From an uncultured Clostridia bacterium (GTDB lineage: Bacteria; Bacillota; Clostridia; TANB77; CAG-508): DNA of 41,940 nucleotides. How positions within the stretch are numbered: the first letter of the stretch is position 1; each line of letters starts with the position of its first letter. Shown here one piece after another: positions 27,415-35,874 of this stretch. The stretch covers positions 1 through 41,940 of the forward strand of contig CANQMG010000001.1 of NCBI GenBank assembly GCA_947624925.1. The letters run 5' to 3'. The notes under the pieces were generated by a model. It was not told the origin of the DNA. It did no database searches and saw only the letters and a program-made list of their open reading frames with translations. Position numbers and translations under genes: made by a program.

Positions 27415-27459
27415 AATCACCTAATAAATATTATATTTAATTTTATTTATTAGGTGATT
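27415..27459 (-). promoter_or_regulatory. Perfect 16-bp inverted repeat whose 3' arm contains the cysE Shine-Dalgarno sequence
   Basis: AATCACCTAATAAATA (27415-27430) is the exact reverse complement of 27444-27459. On the mRNA the 3' arm ...TTAGGTGATT ends 2 nt before the cysE ATG. Confidence 0.6.
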
Positions 27460-27463
27460 AAAA

Positions 27464-27700
27464 TTATTCTATTGGCACACTAGTTTCATATAAAAAATCC
27501 GCACACATATCTATATCATTATCCCACGAAACCGTTCCAAAATTAATTTTTACCTTTGAAAAAACCGATTTATCTTTTAATATCTTAAATATCCCCTTAT
27601 CAAGATGCGGTTTCATATCTTTAACTCTTATTTCTCCATTATTAAAAGTTAATTTTAATTTATAATCATCTAAAGTACATACATCAACTATTTCTTTCAT
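27464..27700 (-). CDS. DUF2442 domain protein
   Basis: Sequence pattern typical of DUF2442 (YKLKLTFNNGEIRVKDM...FGTVSWDNDIDMCADFLY). Start at ATG 27700 (SD GGGGGA). Confidence 0.75.
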   Translation of the reverse strand: MKEIVDVCTLDDYKLKLTFNNGEIRVKDMKPHLDKGIFKILKDKSVFSKVKINFGTVSWDNDIDMCADFLYETSVPIE

Positions 27701-27716
27701 TATTTCCCCCATAAAT

Positions 27717-27974
27717 TTAATTTAGTGGTTTTATTTTGAATAATTTTTCACTATTTTTTGATAATTCCCAATCTGCTTCTAATTCATCTTTATGTATCTC
27801 TGTCCACGCTTGAACTAATTTTAATTGTTTAGAAGGTAATTCTCCATCAATTATAATGCCTTCTAAATTCAACTTAGCCTTATATTTATTATAGTATACA
27901 TGAATATGTGGTGGATCATGGTCTATATAATACATTCGTATTATAATCCCAAAAAACATACTAATTGTTGGCAT
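27717..27974 (-). CDS. DUF4160 domain protein
   Basis: MPTISMFFGIIIRMYYIDHDPPHIHVYY is the canonical DUF4160 N-terminus. Start at ATG 27974 (SD AAAGGAGAA). Confidence 0.8.
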   Translation of the reverse strand: MPTISMFFGIIIRMYYIDHDPPHIHVYYNKYKAKLNLEGIIIDGELPSKQLKLVQAWTEIHKDELEADWELSKNSEKLFKIKPLN

Positions 27975-28039
27975 ATTTTTTCTCCTTTCTATTTTAACAT
28001 TATATAGTTTATTTGGCAACTTTTTATGGGAAAAATTTA

Positions 28040-28137
28040 AAGAATTAAAATTTTATGATTTTTTGATATAAAACTAAATTAATTATAATCTTTATAGTTA
28101 ATTTATGCAAACATTTTTCATCTACATTTTTCGACAT
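28040..28137. repeat. Mosaic repeat fragments shared with the 5126-5672 intergenic region
   Basis: 28040-28062 (agaattaaaattttatgatttt) matches the right end of the inverted-repeat element plus its flank (5333-5352 and 195-210). 28112-28137 matches 5638-5663 at 22/24 (TTTTTCATC-nn-CATTTTTCGACAT). Confidence 0.55.
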
Positions 28138-28190
28138 ATCTAGAAAATGGGACGGTTCTCTTTTCCATTTTTTTACAGTGTTTTTAAAAT

Positions 28191-28283
28191 GGGCAGGCTA
28201 AGAACCCCCAGTCAGCCTTCGGCTGACAGCCCCCTTATTAAAGGGGCTGTTGACCTGCCCCTACATATGTTTTTACATATTCA
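28191..28283. repeat. Hairpin module copy D with the loop replaced by a 56-nt GC-rich insert containing two stem-loops
   Basis: GGGCAGG (28191-28197) and CCTGCCC (28254-28260) enclose GTCAGCC-ttc-GGCTGAC (28211-28227) and AGCCCC-cttattaaa-GGGGCT (28228-28248). CTACA and tail TGTTTTTACATATT follow, as in the other copies. Confidence 0.75.
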
Positions 28284-28332
28284 TGTCTTTTATGAAAATA
28301 ATAATTTTTATTTCAATATTTTTTATTAAAAT

Positions 28333-30255
28333 TTACATTTTTACAACTAGTTTATCTATTTTTGTATGAATGTAATTTTCTAGCTTGTTCATAAATATAT
28401 CTGGTTTTATTTCCTTTTTTGCTACCATATCTAAGCCCTTTTCCCAACTTGCAGTTAATTTTGGATTTAACATATCTGGCATTGATAAATTTACTATGTC
28501 AAATATTTTTTCTCCCTTTTGTGTTGGAGTTATTATTTGTGTTTTGTTATTTATATCTATGTATTTTATTCTTTCTAACTTTTTTATTATCTCTGCTCTT
28601 GTTGCACTTGTTCCAATTCCTGCACCTTTAATCTGTTCTCTTAATTCCTCTTCCTCAATTAATTTTCCGGCATTTTCCATAGCAAGTATCATAGAGCCAG
28701 AATTATATCTATTAGGTGGAGAAGTTTCTGCATCTTTACTTTCAAAATTATTTATATTAATACTTTGTCCCTTTTTTAAAGTATTTAAAACATCCAAATT
28801 AGAACTTTCATTTTCCGCATTATCACTTTCATCATTAATTGGTTTTAAAATATCTAAATATCCTCTTTTAGTACATACCTTACCACTTGCATAAAAAGTT
28901 TCATTTTCTACGTTAACTGTAACATTTATTTTATTAAATTCTGCTGGTGGATAAAAAATTGCTATAAATCTCTTTACAATTAATTTATATACATTTTTTT
29001 GAAGTTCTGGCAATGCCTCATAATTTTCATAACCTTGACCAGTAGGTATAATTGCATAATGGTCTGTTATTTTCGAATCATTTACATATTTAGTTTTTAC
29101 TAAATTAGTACTATATTTTTCTTCTATCATTTTAGAAATAAAACCTTGAATTTCTTCATCTTTAAATTTTTTTGCAATTCCATTTAAGTTTTTCGTAATT
29201 TCTTTTGCAACCGCAGTTGATAAGACTCTTGCATCTGTTCTTGGATATGTTACTAATTTCTTTTCATATAAATTCTGTATTATTTCTAAAGTTTCGTCTG
29301 GTTTTATTTTAAATCTTTTTGTACATTCATTCTGAATTTCTGCTAAATTAAATAAAAGTGGTGGATTCTCTTTTTGTTTTTGCTTTTTAACTTCTGTTAT
29401 TATAGCTTCCTTATTTTTAAGATAATTTATAAATTCTTTTAAATCCTCTAATCTCTTAAATCCAGATTCGTTGTATAATTTTGGAGAATTATACATTATA
29501 GAGTTTTCATTTACTTTCCATTCTGCATTAAATTTAGAACTTTCATCTCCAAATTCACCAATCAATTTATAATATTTTGTTTTAATAAAATTTCTTATTT
29601 CTCGCTCTCTCATTACTACCATTCCTAGAACACAAGTCATGACTCTTCCAACAGAAATAGAAACTTTATCTTCATTAACTTCTTTTGCTAATCTTCTTCC
29701 ATAAATAATTGAAAGCAATCTTGAAAAATTAATCCCTATTAAATAATCTTCCTTAGCTCTTAAATATGCTGAATCTGATAAGCTATCGTATTCTGACAAA
29801 TCTTTTGCTTCTTTAATTCCTCTTAAAATTTCCTCTTCAGTTTGTGAATCAATCCAAACTCTTTTCATTTTAGCATTTGGATTTGGTTTTGCCATCATAA
29901 AAACTAACCTTTGGATGTATTCTCCTTCTCTTCCAGAGTCTCCTGCATTATATATCTCATCGACATCTTCTCTTTTTAATAAACCTTGAACAACATCAAA
30001 TTGATTTTTTACTGTTGGTATTACTTCATACTTATATTCTTTAGGTAAAAAAGGTAAAGTATCTAATCTCCAAAATTTTAATTTTTCATCATAGGCTTCT
30101 GGATAAGACATAGTAATTAAATGCCCAACACACCAAGTTATAATCCAGTCATTAGATTCTAAATATCCATTTTTTCGTGTTGTCTGTTGCTTTAATGCTT
30201 TTGCAAATTCCATGGCAACAGATGGTTTTTCTGTAATAAGCAATTTTTTTGGCAT
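28333..30255 (-). CDS. topB: DNA topoisomerase III (type IA)
   Basis: 640 aa. Toprim start LLITEKPSVA. Active-site region VTYPRTDARVL. No C-terminal zinc-finger extension. Confidence 0.88.
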   Translation of the reverse strand: MPKKLLITEKPSVAMEFAKALKQQTTRKNGYLESNDWIITWCVGHLITMSYPEAYDEKLKFWRLDTLPFLPKEYKYEVIPTVKNQFDVVQGLLKREDVDEIYNAGDSGREGEYIQRLVFMMAKPNPNAKMKRVWIDSQTEEEILRGIKEAKDLSEYDSLSDSAYLRAKEDYLIGINFSRLLSIIYGRRLAKEVNEDKVSISVGRVMTCVLGMVVMREREIRNFIKTKYYKLIGEFGDESSKFNAEWKVNENSIMYNSPKLYNESGFKRLEDLKEFINYLKNKEAIITEVKKQKQKENPPLLFNLAEIQNECTKRFKIKPDETLEIIQNLYEKKLVTYPRTDARVLSTAVAKEITKNLNGIAKKFKDEEIQGFISKMIEEKYSTNLVKTKYVNDSKITDHYAIIPTGQGYENYEALPELQKNVYKLIVKRFIAIFYPPAEFNKINVTVNVENETFYASGKVCTKRGYLDILKPINDESDNAENESSNLDVLNTLKKGQSININNFESKDAETSPPNRYNSGSMILAMENAGKLIEEEELREQIKGAGIGTSATRAEIIKKLERIKYIDINNKTQIITPTQKGEKIFDIVNLSMPDMLNPKLTASWEKGLDMVAKKEIKPDIFMNKLENYIHTKIDKLVVKM

Positions 30256-30386
30256 ATTTTCTCCTATTTATATAAAAAATAATATAATTATTCTATAATA
30301 TTTTTTATAAATTTTGCAAATTTTGTTTATTTTGTAAAATTTAGTAGTATAATTTATATATATTAATTTAATAAATGGAGGGAAAT

Positions 30387-32993
30387 ATGTCAAGTACTAA
30401 AGAGGAAGTAGATGTTGTTAAACTTTATGGAAAAGAGGCCACAACTTCAAAAGAAGATTTCATAAAAACTTTTAAAATTAAAGAAAATGGATTAACAAAC
30501 AAGGATGTAAATTTAAATTTACAAACATATGGATACAATGAAGTTAGAAAAGCCAAACCTAAAAGATGGTATAATTATTTTTTAGAAAGTTTATTTACAC
30601 CTTTTAACTATATACTTTTAGGCATTGTAGCAATCTTAGTATATACAGATGTATATTTAGCTTCAGATCCAAATTATGCAAATATTATAGTTATTGCAAT
30701 TTTAGTTACAGCAAGTACTTTATTAGATTTTTTTGAAGAATATAGATCTAATAAAGCAGCTGAAAAATTAAAGCAAATGGTAGCTACAACTACAACAGTA
30801 ATAAGAAATGGTAAAGAAATACAAATTCCTATAAGAGAAGTAACTCTTGGAGATATTGTCCTTCTTTCTGCTGGTAGTATGATTCCTGCAGATTTAAGAA
30901 TAATTGAAGCAAATGATTTATATGTTGGACAATCATCATTAACAGGTGAATCAGATAGTGTTAAAAAGCTTGAAAATTCTAATATGACCATTGATGAAAT
31001 AAACAGTATAATAGACTTAGATACAATCTGCTTTATGGGTACAAATGTTGTATCTGGCTCTGCAAAAGGTGTTGTAATAAAAACAGCAGATGATACCTAT
31101 TTTGGAAAAGTCGCACATACTCTAAGTTTAGGAAAACCTAAAACAGCTTTTCAAAAAGGAATTGAGAATATAAGTAAGCTTTTAATTAAATTTATGCTAA
31201 TATTACTTCCAATAGTATTTATTTTAAATGTTCAAAAACATAATATAATACTTGCATTTACATTTGCTGTTGCAATCGCTATTTGTATTACGCCACTTTT
31301 ATTACCTGTAATTTTATCTTCTAGCTTATCTAAAGGTGCAGTTAGGATGTCTAAAAAGAAAACTATAGTAAAAAAATTAGACTCTATTCAAAACTTTGGG
31401 GCAATGAATATATTATGCACAGATAAAACTGGAACATTAACAGAAGATAAAATAGTATTAGAAAAATATTTAGATATAAATGGAGACGAAGATATAAGAA
31501 TACTAAAACATGCCTTTTTAAACTCTTACTTTCAAACTGGTCTAAAAGGTAATATTGATGAAGCTGTTATTAAAAGAGGCTTAGAAAATGGCATGGATGA
31601 AGTAAAAAATAAATATACAAAAGTAGATGAAATACCTTTTGACTTCTCTCGTAGACGCCTATCTATAGTTGTTAGCGATGGTACAAAAAAACAGTTAATA
31701 ACCAAAGGTGCAGTTGAAGAAATTTTAAACATATGTACTATGGTTGATTATAAAGGAGAAGTTAAAAACATTACAAAAGAAATTAAAGAAAATATAAAGT
31801 CTATAAGTAAAAAGCTAAATGAGGAAGGATTGAGAGTTGTTGCAGTATGTCAAAAGAATGATATTAATAACATAGAAGATTTTGATGTAACTGATGAAAA
31901 AAATATGGTTTTACTTGGCTTTATTGGATTTTTAGATCCACCTAAGGAATCTGCAAAAGCTTCAATTGAAAAATTAAATAATGCAGGAATAAGAGTTATG
32001 GTTTTAACTGGAGATAATGCAGAAGTAACAAGATGTGTTTGTAACAAAGTGGGTATTAAATCAAAAGATATTATACTTGGTAGCAAAATTGATAAATTAT
32101 CAGATATGGCACTTCTAAGAGTATTAAAAAGGACAAATATATTTGCAAAACTTTCTCCTATTCAAAAAGCAAGAATAGTAAGGCTTTTAAAAGAAGATGG
32201 AAACATAGTTGGATATATGGGTGATGGTATCAATGATAGCCCATCTCTTACAAATTCAGATGTTGGAATCTCTGTTGATACTGCAGTTGATATTGCTAAA
32301 GAATCAGCTGACATAATATTATTAGAAAAAGACTTAAATGTACTTTTAGATGGTGTTACAGAGGGAAGACGTACTTTTGCTAATCTAATGAAATATATAA
32401 AAATGGCAACAAGTTTTAATTTTGGAGAAGTTGTTTCTGTTATAATTGCAAGTATACTATTACCATTTTTGCCTGAAACACCAATACAATTATTAGTAGA
32501 AGGACTAATATACGACTTTGGTCAAATGACCCTACCTTTTGATAATGTTGACAAAGAATATTTAGAAAAGCCAAAAAGATTTGATATAAATAGTTTAAAA
32601 AACTTTATGTTATTTATGGGACCTGTTAGTTCAGCATTTGATATGATTGTATTTGCATCATTATGGTTCATATTTAGAGTAAGAGATGTAGCACATTTTC
32701 AGACAATATGGTTTAGTTACAGTATAGTCTCAAATCTAATAGGAATGCACATTATAAGAACTGCAAAAGTACCATTTATACAAAGCAATGCAAACAAGGC
32801 AGTATATATATCTTCTATTTTATTAATAATAGTTGGTATAGTAGTTCCATTTACAGCATTAGGCACATTAATAGGATTAGTTCCTATGGCATTTGAATAT
32901 ATAGTTCTAATATTTATAGTTACATTACTATATTGTTTCGTTGCAATGATTGCAAAAAAGATATATATAAAAAAATATGGAGAATGGATTTAA
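30387..32993 (+). CDS. mgtA: Magnesium-translocating P-type ATPase
   Basis: ICTDKTGTLT phosphorylation site, GDGINDSPSL hinge, and the MgtA-typical IPFDFSRRRLSIVV. Start at ATG 30387 (SD GGAGGG 4 nt upstream). Confidence 0.9.
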   Translation: MSSTKEEVDVVKLYGKEATTSKEDFIKTFKIKENGLTNKDVNLNLQTYGYNEVRKAKPKRWYNYFLESLFTPFNYILLGIVAILVYTDVYLASDPNYANIIVIAILVTASTLLDFFEEYRSNKAAEKLKQMVATTTTVIRNGKEIQIPIREVTLGDIVLLSAGSMIPADLRIIEANDLYVGQSSLTGESDSVKKLENSNMTIDEINSIIDLDTICFMGTNVVSGSAKGVVIKTADDTYFGKVAHTLSLGKPKTAFQKGIENISKLLIKFMLILLPIVFILNVQKHNIILAFTFAVAIAICITPLLLPVILSSSLSKGAVRMSKKKTIVKKLDSIQNFGAMNILCTDKTGTLTEDKIVLEKYLDINGDEDIRILKHAFLNSYFQTGLKGNIDEAVIKRGLENGMDEVKNKYTKVDEIPFDFSRRRLSIVVSDGTKKQLITKGAVEEILNICTMVDYKGEVKNITKEIKENIKSISKKLNEEGLRVVAVCQKNDINNIEDFDVTDEKNMVLLGFIGFLDPPKESAKASIEKLNNAGIRVMVLTGDNAEVTRCVCNKVGIKSKDIILGSKIDKLSDMALLRVLKRTNIFAKLSPIQKARIVRLLKEDGNIVGYMGDGINDSPSLTNSDVGISVDTAVDIAKESADIILLEKDLNVLLDGVTEGRRTFANLMKYIKMATSFNFGEVVSVIIASILLPFLPETPIQLLVEGLIYDFGQMTLPFDNVDKEYLEKPKRFDINSLKNFMLFMGPVSSAFDMIVFASLWFIFRVRDVAHFQTIWFSYSIVSNLIGMHIIRTAKVPFIQSNANKAVYISSILLIIVGIVVPFTALGTLIGLVPMAFEYIVLIFIVTLLYCFVAMIAKKIYIKKYGEWI

Positions 32994-33032
32994 AGACCTG
33001 GCACAAATTGTACAAAAATTCCAATTGAAATC

Positions 33033-33062
33033 AGCCCCAGATTGTCAAGATAGTCTGGGGCT
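33033..33062. terminator. GC-rich hairpin between convergent mgtA and the M15 peptidase gene
   Basis: AGCCCCAGA / 12-nt loop / TCTGGGGCT. Flanking U-tracts are poor on both strands. Confidence 0.45.
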
Positions 33063-33078
33063 TCTGATCACAATACGT

Positions 33079-33759
33079 TTAGTCTATTGTTGTGTTTGTT
33101 CTTCCTTGCCCTACAACATCTTCTTGTAGTGACCTCCAGGTATTGCATCCTATTACTCCATCTGCTGGTAATCCTCTACTTGATTGATATCCTGCTACTG
33201 CTGATCTCGTTTTTGCTCCAAATATTCCATCTAATCCACCTGTACTAAATCCTAATGTATTTAATCCGTCTTGCGCTATTAATACATATGTGCTAATACT
33301 TCCTTGTTTTATAAGTGGATATCCTGCGGTTCCACATGCAGGAATACCAAATCTTTTATCGAAATGAACCCACGTAGGTGTTAAATATGCAGGTTCCACA
33401 TAACTCCATACTCCAGAATTTATTGCTAAATTTCTTAGTGCATTTCTTTGGCTATTACTCCATATTTGCCCAACATCAAAAGCAACTCCAGCATAGTGTT
33501 GGCTCTGAAGTCCATGGCCACCTTCCCAGGGTCTTTTAAAGGCGTATCCTACTGGAATAGGAGCTCCATATAAGTATCTAGTGCTATTAAAACTTTGCAT
33601 AGCTCTTTTTGTTGTCCATAATAGCGAGCTTCTACTTGAGCCTCTAAATTCATTTACTGTAAGTGTTCTATTTGCATTATAAGGCATTGCCTCTTGTTCG
33701 CCTCTATAATATGTTTCTATTCTATTTGTATCATTGTTAAATACCAAAATTTTAGCCAT
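33079..33759 (-). CDS. Zinc D,D-/L,D-peptidase-like (M15 family) domain fused to a C-terminal PG_binding_1 peptidoglycan-binding domain
   Basis: H-x2-G-x-A-x-D (SQHYAGVAFDV) and distal WVHFD resemble M15/VanY-type metal ligands. C-terminal GLDGIFGAKTRSAVAGYQSSRGLPADGVIGCNTW is a PG_binding_1 repeat. Start at ATG 33759 (SD GGAGG). Confidence 0.7.
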   Translation of the reverse strand: MAKILVFNNDTNRIETYYRGEQEAMPYNANRTLTVNEFRGSSRSSLLWTTKRAMQSFNSTRYLYGAPIPVGYAFKRPWEGGHGLQSQHYAGVAFDVGQIWSNSQRNALRNLAINSGVWSYVEPAYLTPTWVHFDKRFGIPACGTAGYPLIKQGSISTYVLIAQDGLNTLGFSTGGLDGIFGAKTRSAVAGYQSSRGLPADGVIGCNTWRSLQEDVVGQGRTNTTID

Positions 33760-33828
33760 ATAAACCTCCACTCATAATAATTAATATATTATATGTTATA
33801 TAATACAATAAGTGAAAAATTATATAAT

Positions 33829-34668
33829 TTATTGTAAATATTCTCCTTCAAATACTGTAGTAGCACTACCTACCATATATATATGGTTATCAAATTTATT
33901 CCAGTTTACTAATAACCTTCCTCCTTTTAAATGTACATTTACCGTTCTATTTGTATAATTATTTATTGTACTTGCTACTACACTTGCACATGCTCCTGTT
34001 CCACAAGCTAATGTTTCTTTCGCTCCTCTTTCCCATACTCTCATTTTTATATTATTTCTATCTATTATTTTTATAAATTCAATATTACTTTTTTGTGGAA
34101 AATGAAAATCATTTTCTAAAATATTTCCATATTTTTCTAGATTTAAGCTATCTATTTCATTCAAAAAACACACAGCATGTGGGTTTCCTATGGATACACA
34201 TGTAAAAATAAATTCTTTACCCATAGCATTTATTTTTAAATCTTTAACAAATTCTTTTTCATATATAACTGGTATATTTTCTGCATTTAATATTGGCTTT
34301 CCCATATCAACAGATATATTATATATGTATCCATTTTTCAAATTTAGCTTTAGTTTTTTTATTCCTGCAAGTGTTTCAATGCTTAAATTTGTTTTATTTG
34401 TAAGACCTTTCTCATATACATATTTGCCAACACATCTTATACCATTTCCACACATCTGTGCCTCTGTTCCATCTGAATTAAATATTCTCATTTTAAAATC
34501 TGCTACATTACTTTTGCATATTAAAATTACTCCGTCACTTCCTATTCCAAAGTTTCTATCACTCATTTTAATTGCAATTTTAGATATATCCTGAGGCAAG
34601 TCTTTTGTTGTACAATCTATGTATATATAGTCATTTCCAAGTCCATGCATTTTCGTAAACTTTATCAT
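33829..34668 (-). CDS. dapF: Diaminopimelate epimerase
   Basis: FTKMHGLGNDY. Catalytic Cys motifs NSDGTEAQMCGNGIRC and ETLACGTGA. Start at ATG 34668 (SD GGAGG). Confidence 0.93.
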   Translation of the reverse strand: MIKFTKMHGLGNDYIYIDCTTKDLPQDISKIAIKMSDRNFGIGSDGVILICKSNVADFKMRIFNSDGTEAQMCGNGIRCVGKYVYEKGLTNKTNLSIETLAGIKKLKLNLKNGYIYNISVDMGKPILNAENIPVIYEKEFVKDLKINAMGKEFIFTCVSIGNPHAVCFLNEIDSLNLEKYGNILENDFHFPQKSNIEFIKIIDRNNIKMRVWERGAKETLACGTGACASVVASTINNYTNRTVNVHLKGGRLLVNWNKFDNHIYMVGSATTVFEGEYLQ

Positions 34669-34739
34669 AAACAACCTCCGCATAAGGCAATTTTATCATC
34701 GCCATTACAGATATTTTATTATTGATAAATTTTTTTGTG

Positions 34740-34770
34740 AAAAAAAGAGAGCTAAAATTTAAATTTTAGC
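34740..34770 (-). terminator. Putative terminator after rsmA
   Basis: Palindrome GCTAAAATTTAAATTTTAGC followed on the minus strand by TCTCTTTTTTT. The stem is AT-rich. Confidence 0.4.
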
Positions 34771-34796
34771 CCCCTTATTAAGCTTCGCCATTTATA

Positions 34797-35663
34797 CTAT
34801 TTTTTATTACTTATGTCAAATGAATTTACTATTTTTACATAATCCTCTAATTTTAAAGCCTCTCCTCTTACTCTTGCATCGAATTTCAAATTTTGTAATA
34901 TTTTTGTAACTTCTTCTTTGTTTTTAAATAACTTCATATTTGATAATGCATTTATCAATGTTTTTCTTCTTTGCATAAATGCATATTTTATTATTTCAAA
35001 TAATAGTTCTTCGTTTTTTACTTGAAACTTATTTTTCTTTCTTATTTCTAATTTAATAACCTCTGATTCTACTTTTGGTTCTGGAATAAAAGAACTACTT
35101 GGAACATCTAATACCACTCTTGCAATTGAATAATATTCAACTGCATATGTTATTGCTCCTGAAGTTCTTGTTCCAGTAGTAGAAGTTAATCTTTGTGCAA
35201 CTTCTTTTTGAACCATAACAGTTATAGTATCTATATTTAGTTTACTTTCTAGTAATTTCATTATTATTGGAGTTGTTATATAATATGGCAAATTTGCAAC
35301 AATTTTTACATTTTTGTTATTTCCAATATTATCTTTTATTATTTCATTTATATCTATTTTTAATATATCATCATTTATTATTTTTAAATTACTGTAATCT
35401 TTAAATCTTTCTTCTAGGATTTCAATCATTTTTTTATCTAATTCTACACAAACAACTTTGCCAGCACATTCTAATAACCTTTTCGTTAGTGTGCCAAGTC
35501 CAGGTCCTATTTCTATTATTAAATCTTCAGTTGATATTTCTGCTCCATTTATAATTCCTTCTACAATATTTTCATCTATTAAAAAGTTTTGACCTAAACT
35601 TTTATCTGCTCTTATTTTATATTTTTTCATTATATTTTTTGTTTCTTCATATAAATCGTTCAT
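34797..35663 (-). CDS. rsmA: 16S rRNA (adenine1518/1519-N6)-dimethyltransferase
   Basis: SLGQNFL and SAM-binding EIGPGLGTLT motifs. 288 aa. Confidence 0.93.
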   Translation of the reverse strand: MNDLYEETKNIMKKYKIRADKSLGQNFLIDENIVEGIINGAEISTEDLIIEIGPGLGTLTKRLLECAGKVVCVELDKKMIEILEERFKDYSNLKIINDDILKIDINEIIKDNIGNNKNVKIVANLPYYITTPIIMKLLESKLNIDTITVMVQKEVAQRLTSTTGTRTSGAITYAVEYYSIARVVLDVPSSSFIPEPKVESEVIKLEIRKKNKFQVKNEELLFEIIKYAFMQRRKTLINALSNMKLFKNKEEVTKILQNLKFDARVRGEALKLEDYVKIVNSFDISNKK

Positions 35664-35874
35664 ATTGCCTCCTCTTTTTACTTTTTTATATTATATCATA
35701 CTTTTATCATAAAATAATTTTTTAGGTAAATTTTTTATTATATATATATTACTTTAAAACGTAGTCAAAAAAAAATTATAATGAAATTACTATGAATTTT
35801 ACATATATTTTGTTGATTTTTAGCATTGTTTAATATAAAATATTTATATAAATTTTATTATTTAAGGTGAACAT

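Noticed and set aside
27991-28019. TTGCCA-N17-TAAAAT promoter-like pair upstream of the DUF4160 gene (minus strand)
   Set aside because: The predicted transcription start would fall inside the gene's own Shine-Dalgarno sequence, which makes the assignment doubtful. Left unreported as a feature.
28191-28260. Possibility that the 70-nt GC-rich structure is a tRNA or tRNA-like gene (7-bp closing stem resembling an acceptor stem)
   Set aside because: The arm layout is wrong: there is no T-arm abutting the 3' acceptor strand, no GTTC-type loop and no D-arm. The closing stem is simply the stem of the repeat module found at three other sites.
28147-28329. 60-aa plus-strand ORF (MGRFSFPFF...)
   Set aside because: It reads straight through the nested GC-rich hairpins of repeat module D. 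It has no SD, and the region is better explained as repeat or RNA structure.
30256-30386. Expected M-box (Mg2+) riboswitch upstream of mgtA
   Set aside because: The 131-nt spacer is almost pure AT with no conserved M-box helices. Only weak promoter-like hexamers are present, which I did not consider reportable.
34696-34718. 13-nt identity TTACAGATATTTT between the dapF leader and the repeat-element core boundary (67-79)
   Set aside because: A single short AT-rich match without flanking similarity. It is plausibly chance at this base composition.
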